The notes beneath the pieces are model-generated. The model was not told where the DNA came from. It did not search any database and was given only the letters and a program-made list of their open reading frames with translations. From the NCBI RefSeq assembly GCF_007748075.1, contig NZ_CP036280.1:1680001-1712000 (forward strand): 32,000 nt of DNA. Reading direction: 5' to 3'. Source of the DNA: Mucisphaera calidilacus (GTDB lineage: Bacteria > Planctomycetota > Phycisphaerae > Phycisphaerales > Phycisphaeraceae). Positions 1 through 7,316 of the stretch are shown piece after piece. A program made the translations under genes and the position numbers. Every line of letters starts with the position of its first letter. Within the stretch, counting starts at the first letter, position 1.

Positions 1-1700
1 CGCCCCGCCTGGAAAAGACGGTTGCCCTCGCCGATGTAACGGAAGGCGTAGGCGTGCTCGTTGGCGTGATGCCCGGGCTGAATCATCACGAGCATCTTCA
101 GGTCGGGTCCGCCAACAATAAGGTTGTTCTGGTAGAGATTGAGACCGGGCCTGACGAGCCGCTGGGTCTTGTGCCACGAATGCTCACGCGGGTGATAGAC
201 AACAGCCAGAGCAGGCAATGGGGTCTGATCGTCACCCTCGGTCATATCAGAGTTGTTGTAGATAATCGAATTCTTGAACGTCACCGGACCCGTAATCAGG
301 GTGCGGACCGCGGACTTCTGAGCGTGGGCAACAATGCTCTTGTCGACGTAGTAAGGCCCGTTGCCGATCTCGAAGAACAGGCCTCGCTGGTTGTAGGCAC
401 TCACCAGATTCTCAACAACGATATGCTCGCACTGGATGTCGTACCAGATACCCGGACAGAGATTACCAATCGCGGTGTGGTCACGGAGGATATTGAACTC
501 GGTGTCGTGGAACTTGATACCCCCCATGGCCCAGCTGTTGTAGTTGCCCCAGTGGCCACGCCAGTTGTTGAAACTCGTGGAATTACCCTCAAAGAGCGTA
601 TAACGATTCGGCCCCATGTTGATACCGCCGTCGCCGTTGTAGTCGAACCGGCTGTTGCGGATCGTCAGGTAATCAATGCTGTTCAGGCGAAGGCCGGTGA
701 AGTTATTCCAGGTGAAGGCGCAATCCTCGATGAGCACCTGCTCATACTTGCCGCGCAGGAACACCGGCCCGATGACACCGCCCTGCCGCTGACTCGCCGC
801 GCGGGTAAACGTCATGCCACGGATGACGAGATGCTCCTTGCCCCCGTCGACACGCAGGAGGTTGCCACGCGTAGACACCTCGATGCGGGCCGTACGCAGG
901 TCTTCGGTCTTCACGGGCCTGAAGTAGAGTCGATCCGACCACGGCGCAGAGTCCTCAGACTCCGCGACACCAAAGGTACCCGGGGTCAACACCTCGCGCG
1001 GATCCCTCACGCCATGCCGACTGTAGACCAGCCGCGAGTTGGAACCCATCTGCAACTTGCCCTCACGCCTGACCGACCACGCCTCCACGAGCACCTGCTT
1101 CGCCAGGTAGTCATCCACAAACAGCATCTCGCTTCGATGCCCCAGATACCCCTCCGGACCCCAGTCGGGTGAGCGGTGGCCAAAGTTGTGCTCCCACGGA
1201 ATCGCGTAGACACCCTGACCAACGTCCACCCAGTCCTCCGCCTTAACCACATCGGCGCCGGTGAAGATGGTCTTGTCGGCTCCGGCACCCTCGATGATCA
1301 GAAGCGTGCTGCGCACCAGACCGTCGCGTGTATCAAGCACACCCGCCGACTCCCGATACGTGCCCGGACCGATCTTGAGCTTGGTCGGCGTGCCCTCGGC
1401 AAGTGTCACCGAAGCGGCCCGCAGCCCGGCACGAATCGAGGGGAACGGGCGACGCTCCGTGCCGTCCGCCCCCGCATGCCGCGCACCGGATCGGACGTGA
1501 ATCGTGGCCTTGACGTGCTCGTCAGAAAGACGGCGTTCGTCAGCACCCGCGGTCTTCTCATCCATACGCTTGGCCCAGAGCGGCAGCTCATCCGCCAGCG
1601 TCGCCGCCGTGCCGATCCCGATACAGGCCAACATCACGCAAGCCACCAACGCACGCAGGCCCCGACAGAACGGGGTGTATTCAGCGAAAGAGCGATTCAC
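1..1700 (-). CDS. Secreted right-handed parallel beta-helix protein (DUF1565/pectate-lyase fold; candidate polysaccharide depolymerase); 3' end runs off the window
   Basis: Manual translation of the minus strand gives an open frame from a GTG at 1700 to the window edge. An AAGGAG Shine-Dalgarno sits 7 nt upstream of the GTG. The frame is absent from the ORF track because it is truncated. The N-terminus MNRSFAEYTPFCRGLRALVACVMLACIGIGTAATLA looks like a signal peptide. Downstream motifs are PFPSIRAGL...GTYRE, IEGAG..TIFTGADV, RNSRFDYNGDGG, NNWRG, GGIKF and YNQRGLFFEI. The protein aligns along its length with the 7317-9560 protein, so the two are paralogs. Confidence 0.75.
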   Translation of the reverse strand, partial: MNRSFAEYTPFCRGLRALVACVMLACIGIGTAATLADELPLWAKRMDEKTAGADERRLSDEHVKATIHVRSGARHAGADGTERRPFPSIRAGLRAASVTLAEGTPTKLKIGPGTYRESAGVLDTRDGLVRSTLLIIEGAGADKTIFTGADVVKAEDWVDVGQGVYAIPWEHNFGHRSPDWGPEGYLGHRSEMLFVDDYLAKQVLVEAWSVRREGKLQMGSNSRLVYSRHGVRDPREVLTPGTFGVAESEDSAPWSDRLYFRPVKTEDLRTARIEVSTRGNLLRVDGGKEHLVIRGMTFTRAASQRQGGVIGPVFLRGKYEQVLIEDCAFTWNNFTGLRLNSIDYLTIRNSRFDYNGDGGINMGPNRYTLFEGNSTSFNNWRGHWGNYNSWAMGGIKFHDTEFNILRDHTAIGNLCPGIWYDIQCEHIVVENLVSAYNQRGLFFEIGNGPYYVDKSIVAHAQKSAVRTLITGPVTFKNSIIYNNSDMTEGDDQTPLPALAVVYHPREHSWHKTQRLVRPGLNLYQNNLIVGGPDLKMLVMIQPGHHANEHAYAFRYIGEGNRLFQAG

Positions 1701-1765
1701 AGACGGTCTCCTTGATTCAGAGAAGGCAATGGTCGACAGGAAGCGACAGCACGCGCCGCGACGGA

Positions 1766-2602
1766 CTAACCCTTGATCGCGCCCGCGGCCAGACCGCGGA
1801 CAAACCATCGCATGAGAAAGATGAACATGATGATGAGCGGGATCGACGAGAGCGAATAACCCGCCATCATCTCACCCCACTGCTTGACATACTCACCCTC
1901 CAGTCGAAGCAGCCCGACGGGGATCGTCAGCTTCTCGTCGTCGCGGAGGATAACGAGGGGGAGCATGACGTTGTTCCACACGCCCAGAAACTTCATGATG
2001 GAGATCGTCGCGAGAATCGGCCCGCTCATGGGCAGGACGATATTGACAATCTGCTGAATATGGCCGGCCCCGTCCATCTCGGCCGCCTCAAACAGCGCCT
2101 TGGGGATGTCCTCGATGAACTGCCGGAGAATGAAGATGCCGGCCACCTGTCCGCCCGCAGCACCGACGACCACCAGCGCCCAGAGACTGTTGATCAGCCC
2201 CATGCCCTTGAGAAGCGTGAAGAGAGTCACGAGCGTCGCCGCCGTGCCCGGCAGAAACATACTCGCCACGATCCCGTAGTAGACAATCTCCCGGCCCGGA
2301 AACCGGTAACGCGCGATCGCGTACGCCGTCGGGATAATCATGCAGATACCAAACGCCACGGCCTGCACCGACACGAAGATCGAGTTGGCGATGTAGTTCT
2401 TCACGATCCCCCACGCAACCGACCAGTTCTCCCAGTGCCACTCGGAAATCGGATCGAAGAACCACGGGTTGGCCTGATACTGCTGGTTGTCCTTGAAACT
2501 GATGACAAACATCAGGAAGAGCGGGAAGAATGCGAAGAAAAGCACAAAGAGCACGATGAGGTGCTTGACGCCTTCGCCGGCTGCCGAGGGTTTGGATGCC
2601 AT
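1766..2602 (-). CDS. Carbohydrate ABC transporter permease (MalG/CUT1-type, BPD_transp_1)
   Basis: The 278-aa product has multiple hydrophobic helices and the EAA loop EAAEMDGAGHIQQIVNIVLPMSGP. The ATG lies 2 nt after the stop of the upstream permease. Confidence 0.9.
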   Translation of the reverse strand: MASKPSAAGEGVKHLIVLFVLFFAFFPLFLMFVISFKDNQQYQANPWFFDPISEWHWENWSVAWGIVKNYIANSIFVSVQAVAFGICMIIPTAYAIARYRFPGREIVYYGIVASMFLPGTAATLVTLFTLLKGMGLINSLWALVVVGAAGGQVAGIFILRQFIEDIPKALFEAAEMDGAGHIQQIVNIVLPMSGPILATISIMKFLGVWNNVMLPLVILRDDEKLTIPVGLLRLEGEYVKQWGEMMAGYSLSSIPLIIMFIFLMRWFVRGLAAGAIKG

Positions 2603-2604
2603 AT

Positions 2605-4146
2605 CTACTTGTCCACCTTGACGTACCGCTGATAGACAATCGTCAGCAGCAGGACCATCACGAAGAGAACCATGCCCAGGGCGCAGGAGTAGCCAAAGCG
2701 GCCGTCAATGAACGCCTTGGAGTACATGTACAGCCCGGGCACGATGCCGATATTCCCCGGCCCGCCCGCGTGACCGAGCAGGATGAGATAGAACTCATAG
2801 CCCGTGAGCGTGCCGATCGTCATGAAGATCAGGTTGATACGCACCTGAGTCATGACCAGCGGCAACTCGATGCTGAAGAGTCGCCGGACGGGGCCAACGC
2901 CGTCGAGCTCGGCCGCCTCGTAGACGTCGGTGGGTATCTGCTGGAGACCCGCCAGGTAGATCAGCACGCCGACGGTGCCCACCCACGGGAAGCCCCAGAA
3001 TATCAGTGCGGGCAGAACCAGGTCACGGCTGCCCAGCCACGCCGGAGTCCCCTCGATGAACTGATTGGTCGGTTCGACCCAGATCATGCCGAAAGCAACC
3101 AACAGCGAACCGACGGTGATCGTCGTATACCCCACCCAGCTCATGACCACCGGGGCATAAGCGTGATGCATCCGTGCACGCACAACCTCGCCGATCGCGA
3201 AGGCCGCGCCCATGAGGACCGGCAGATGGAGCAACGAAGTCCTACAGGCCCAGGCACCACCCAGCAGCAGGAAAGCCCAGAGCACCCACCGCGGGCCGAT
3301 GCGGGTCGCAGCGACATACATCAGCCCCATCATCAACGCGATCACCACCGTGAACCCCGGAACCGTCAACGCCAACTGCAGCGCCGCCGCCAGCCAGATC
3401 ACAACACCCAGGCCGACCAATGCCGCGTACGCGGTGAAACGCTCGGACCGATGCTTCGGCCACCCCTCCGTCGACGCCAGCACAAAAGCACCGAGCGCAA
3501 GCAAACCCCAGGTGCTGGAAAACACCACGCTCACCGGCCCCTCCATCACGGGCCGGAGCGCGGCCGCGATCGTCGGCATCACGCCCGGAGCCGCATCGGT
3601 GCCGTCGAGCCACGACAGAACGCCCATCATCCCCGTCATGTTCAGAAGACGATTGAGAATACCAAAGTCCGGATCGTAGAAACTCTTCCAAATCAGCAAC
3701 CAGACCAGCGCCGGGATTACCATCGGAATCACAAACAGAACCTGATAGATGTACCGCATGCGATCATTCAGCAGGCGGTGCAACGCAACAGCCGTGATGA
3801 TGGCCGGCCACATCTTGAACAGGTTCGCGACCAACATGATCGCCACCACCTTGAAGCTCTGCCAGAAGAGCGGGTCCGCAACCGCATCAGCAAAGTTCTG
3901 AAGCCCGATATACTCCTCCACCTCACCGGGCGTCCAGCGGTAGAAAGCCTTCACCACGACGTCATACTTCGGGTAATAACTGAAGACCAACAGCGAAACG
4001 ATCGACGGGAGCAGCAGGAGATAGATCGAACCGATAAACCGCGTCTTGTTCAGCAGACGCTGCCACAGGCGACGCGACGCCTGTTGCGCCTCGCCAGTAG
4101 CCGCGGTGCGGTCAGCAGTCTCCGAAGGGTAAGTCGTCTGGTTCAT
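2605..4146 (-). CDS. Carbohydrate ABC transporter permease (MalF/CUT1-type) with a roughly 200-aa hydrophobic insertion
   Basis: The 513-aa product carries the EAA loop YEAAELDGVGPVRRLFSIELPLV near its C-terminal third. The N-terminal TM1 and the loop IGLQNFADAVADPLFWQSF are typical of the family. Extra TM-like segments lie between GILNRLL and AWLGSRD. Confidence 0.85.
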   Translation of the reverse strand: MNQTTYPSETADRTAATGEAQQASRRLWQRLLNKTRFIGSIYLLLLPSIVSLLVFSYYPKYDVVVKAFYRWTPGEVEEYIGLQNFADAVADPLFWQSFKVVAIMLVANLFKMWPAIITAVALHRLLNDRMRYIYQVLFVIPMVIPALVWLLIWKSFYDPDFGILNRLLNMTGMMGVLSWLDGTDAAPGVMPTIAAALRPVMEGPVSVVFSSTWGLLALGAFVLASTEGWPKHRSERFTAYAALVGLGVVIWLAAALQLALTVPGFTVVIALMMGLMYVAATRIGPRWVLWAFLLLGGAWACRTSLLHLPVLMGAAFAIGEVVRARMHHAYAPVVMSWVGYTTITVGSLLVAFGMIWVEPTNQFIEGTPAWLGSRDLVLPALIFWGFPWVGTVGVLIYLAGLQQIPTDVYEAAELDGVGPVRRLFSIELPLVMTQVRINLIFMTIGTLTGYEFYLILLGHAGGPGNIGIVPGLYMYSKAFIDGRFGYSCALGMVLFVMVLLLTIVYQRYVKVDK

Positions 4147-4178
4147 GGTGGACGGTGTCGCTGATTACCTGGTAGGTC

Positions 4179-6029
4179 TTAGAACTCGGGGAACGGCTCG
4201 TCAGAATGCGTACGGCTCCACGCGCTGCGGGTACGCGTCGCTCCGAGCTGCTTGAGCGAATTGAACAACAGCAGCCGATACTTCATCTCGGCATCGGCCG
4301 CGCCGGTCGCCCCCGCAAGGTCGTTGTTGTTGAGAATCAGGTGCCTGAGGTCCTGGACCGCCATCAGGCGTTCCATCCCACGGGTGATGTCACGCTCGAG
4401 CCGGTCCGACTCGCTGTACAGCCGGGGGATGCCGTTATGCTCATTGCTTAGCCGATTCCCCACACGCTCGATGACCTCATCGACCGTGGCCTCGCCGCCG
4501 ATCAACAGCTCGATCTGCCCCTCGTACCCCATGCGGACATAGGAGTTCACGCGGTGACGCAGATCGATGCCGTAGGCCGGGATCGCGCCAACCGCATCGG
4601 GGATGAAGGGGTCCATCCGCGGAACGGGCGACGTGCCGATGATGCACGGCAGCCAGCCGCTGAGCTGATTGAACTTCTGGTTGACGCTGTAGCTGGTCAT
4701 GTAACGCAGAAAATCAATCGCCCACTCCTTGTTGGCCGATCGCTGATACACCTGATAAGGCACACCCGCCGAGATGGCCGCCTCGCTGGGCTTGATCAAC
4801 GCCGCGTCGTACCAACGCTCACCCGGAGCAGGAAGGGGCAGCTGTACGATCTCAACCTCAAACGGAACCGTCGCCTTCTTCGCGCCCTCGAACACCGTCG
4901 ACGCGTCCCACCCGCCCGTAAACAACATGGCGGCGTTCTCAAGCAAAAAACGCCTGATCGACTGCTCACGGTCCAGACCGAGAAAGCCCGGCGGGAAACC
5001 ACGGGAGATCGCCTCCATCGACTCGAGGTAATCGCGCATAGGCCGATCGTCCATCCGCCACACCGCATCCGACCACGCAGCACACTGCTCATCACGTGAA
5101 ATCGCGCTGTCCATGTTGACATCCATCCGACCGGCATAGCGATGCGTGAACGGCGCGATGTAGTAGCTGTACATCCAACGAGCGCTGTAGCTGCTCCCCG
5201 AAATCGGCACGAGCTTCGAACGCCCCGTCTCAGACGCCATGGCCGTCACCGCCCGGCTGAGCATCAGCAGACGGCCGAAAGTATCCGGCGCTGAACCGGA
5301 AACAACCCAGTCCCTGAACGCCTCGTCATCGCTCACGTAACGCTCCGCAAGGGCGTCACGCAGCCACACAGGCCTCGGCTCCGCAGCGAGCGCGCCGCCG
5401 AGGTACGTCATGCCCTCCGCAAGCAACCCGCGATTGAGATACACACGCAGCGGACCCCAGAAAGCACTCGGCGCCGCATAGTAATCCTGCAGCCGGTCGT
5501 CCCACCCGCCCTGCATGCCATCGACAAAGGTGTCACGCCAGGGTCCCGTCGACAGCGCCTCCGCGAGCGCAGCGTCCAGGTCAGGCGGGAGATACTCCGG
5601 GGCGTTGTAGGGATTCGGCCTCTGAACCCTGTCGCCAAGCGGCTCAAAGTACTTCGCCGTGTAATTACCCATGGTCATACGCGCCTGACCACGCTCACAG
5701 ATATCAGGCGCAGTGCCACTGATAATGTGCGTGTTCAGAAACTGCGCGTAGACACGCTCGGTCACAGCCAGCTGACGCACCTTGACCCCCGCGGCCTTCA
5801 CGCGCGGGAGAGCTTCATAATCGTCGATGATCGCCTGCAGGGCTTCCCGGTAACCCGGCTCGAGCTGCCAGTGGGCAATGCGGATCACAACACTCCCGTC
5901 ATCCTGGAGCGGGCCCTCGCCCGATTCCATGCTGAGCATCATCACACGGCTCGCACTGATCACGAACCCCGCGATCACGATCAACAGGCCGATGGTGTTC
6001 GGATGCAACAGAGTCTTGATCCATCTCAT
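4179..6029 (-). CDS. Extracytoplasmic solute-binding protein of the ABC importer (large, membrane-anchored)
   Basis: The 616-aa product has an N-terminal hydrophobic anchor IGLLIVIAGFVISA with no lipobox Cys. The following segment VIRIAHWQLEPGYREALQAIIDDYE...GTAPDI resembles family-1 sugar-binding proteins. It sits directly upstream of two permease genes. Confidence 0.65.
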   Translation of the reverse strand: MRWIKTLLHPNTIGLLIVIAGFVISASRVMMLSMESGEGPLQDDGSVVIRIAHWQLEPGYREALQAIIDDYEALPRVKAAGVKVRQLAVTERVYAQFLNTHIISGTAPDICERGQARMTMGNYTAKYFEPLGDRVQRPNPYNAPEYLPPDLDAALAEALSTGPWRDTFVDGMQGGWDDRLQDYYAAPSAFWGPLRVYLNRGLLAEGMTYLGGALAAEPRPVWLRDALAERYVSDDEAFRDWVVSGSAPDTFGRLLMLSRAVTAMASETGRSKLVPISGSSYSARWMYSYYIAPFTHRYAGRMDVNMDSAISRDEQCAAWSDAVWRMDDRPMRDYLESMEAISRGFPPGFLGLDREQSIRRFLLENAAMLFTGGWDASTVFEGAKKATVPFEVEIVQLPLPAPGERWYDAALIKPSEAAISAGVPYQVYQRSANKEWAIDFLRYMTSYSVNQKFNQLSGWLPCIIGTSPVPRMDPFIPDAVGAIPAYGIDLRHRVNSYVRMGYEGQIELLIGGEATVDEVIERVGNRLSNEHNGIPRLYSESDRLERDITRGMERLMAVQDLRHLILNNNDLAGATGAADAEMKYRLLLFNSLKQLGATRTRSAWSRTHSDEPFPEF

Positions 6030-7225
6030 GGCTCAGTACCCCCTGCCGCGACACGGTCCGGCGCAGGCCCGGTTGAACCCTCCGACGCCCGCGGCGTCTT
6101 GAACTCAACAAGGTCCGGAACACGCAGCTCAAGACGCGGGTGCTCCCTGGCAATCCGAAGCAGCACACGCCGCGCCTCGTAAGACCGGCCACTCCTCGGA
6201 TACTTCACCACCAGTTCCTCAAGAACAGGGACCGCCAGATCAAACCGACCCTGCTCAAGAGCCAGACGCGCAAGCGTCCAACTGATCCTCGGCGCGAATG
6301 TCGGATTGGTGAACCCGAGCTCGTGCGCTCGGGACAGAGCAAGAAGCGCACCCTCCCGATCTCCCTGCCGCTCGAGCATGATGATCCCCAGCGTCTCCCA
6401 GAGCAGAGGCAGCAGCTCGGCGTCGGGCCCGGCCTCGATGCGACACCGAAGCAGATGGACCGATTCCTCGATCGAATCCGGATTGCGGTACTCCGAGGCC
6501 AGCGACACCGCCAGCCGAAGCGTCGCCTCATCGACCAGTTCACCCGCCTCCTCTGCCTCGATCAGCTTCCGGTAATAGGCCCGGGCGAGGTCGTAATCGG
6601 TCGCGTCCCCCGGGTAATCAATCAGCTCTGCCATACGGGCCAGCGCCAGCCGAGAACGATCCCGATGCAAAGGCGCTTCAGCGTTCTCCTCGATACGAAC
6701 AAGCAGCTCTCGTGCCTCAACAGTCGCCCCCGACGATGGCGGCGTGTCGTGCCACAACGACATCGCCAGACCGTAGGCCGCGATGCACCAACGCTCCCCA
6801 CCCGTTCTTGCGGTTTCCATCTCCTCACGGAAGAGAAGCGAAGCCGCGGGGTAATCGAGCCTGACAAAGCTTCTCGCCGCAAGGACCAGAGGATCCACCG
6901 CTTCGGCCGACGGCCCCGTCGCAGCCGCAGCATCCTGCCGAGCCTCCTCCTCGGCGACTGCCCGCAAAGACGTGGATCCCAGCACACAACAGACAATCAG
7001 AAGCACACGCGCCCACAGCCCGCTCGCCGCCCGCCGCTCGAGCGGCCCACGCGCCCCCGTCCTCGCGAGACGCTCGCCTTCCTCAAAACAGCTCTCTCGT
7101 TCGACACCGGGGTCAGCCGGATGGAGCGGTCGTCGATGTTGTTGCCTCAGCAGATACATAGTCATGTCTGTTATCACCGTCGCGACGCGATGTTCGCGTT
7201 GATCATCAGGTTGCTGGCATACCAT
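6026..7225 (-). CDS. TPR-like all-helical protein with a signal or anchor segment, translationally coupled to the solute-binding protein
   Basis: The ORF is 399 aa. It has a hydrophobic segment LWARVLLIVCCVLGSTSLRAVA followed by helix-rich, repeat-like sequence rich in Ala, Leu, Glu and Arg. Its TGA overlaps the ATG of the next gene (ATGA at 6026-6029). The true start is uncertain; in-frame ATGs also occur at 7165 and 7159. Confidence 0.5.
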   Translation of the reverse strand: MVCQQPDDQREHRVATVITDMTMYLLRQQHRRPLHPADPGVERESCFEEGERLARTGARGPLERRAASGLWARVLLIVCCVLGSTSLRAVAEEEARQDAAAATGPSAEAVDPLVLAARSFVRLDYPAASLLFREEMETARTGGERWCIAAYGLAMSLWHDTPPSSGATVEARELLVRIEENAEAPLHRDRSRLALARMAELIDYPGDATDYDLARAYYRKLIEAEEAGELVDEATLRLAVSLASEYRNPDSIEESVHLLRCRIEAGPDAELLPLLWETLGIIMLERQGDREGALLALSRAHELGFTNPTFAPRISWTLARLALEQGRFDLAVPVLEELVVKYPRSGRSYEARRVLLRIAREHPRLELRVPDLVEFKTPRASEGSTGPAPDRVAAGGTEP

Positions 7226-7316
7226 TCAAAAGATGCTATCTATGTCATTGAAACTCAGTTCCAGAGTGCCGGTTGGCGGGTACGCCGCGCAAACCGCACG
7301 TAAATCGGCTGGTTGA

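Noticed and set aside
54-1172. 372-aa plus-strand ORF, plus the smaller ORFs at 1176-1715 and 1261-1500
   Set aside because: These are antisense shadows of the minus-strand beta-helix gene (1-1700). The products are Arg/Val/His-rich with no recognisable motifs. The minus-strand frame shows end-to-end homology to the 7317-9560 protein.
2596-4164. 522-aa plus-strand ORF, together with 1712-2632 (306 aa)
   Set aside because: Both are antisense to the two permease genes. The products are highly charged and rich in His, Arg, Gln and Asp, and have no membrane or enzyme motifs. The minus-strand frames carry clear EAA-loop permease signatures.
7266-7299. Imperfect hairpin GTGC(C)GGTT...AACCGCAC downstream of the beta-helix/dockerin gene as a terminator
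   Set aside because: The stem is bulged, the inner pairing is poor and only a 3-nt T run follows. It may attenuate transcription, but it is not supportable as a feature.
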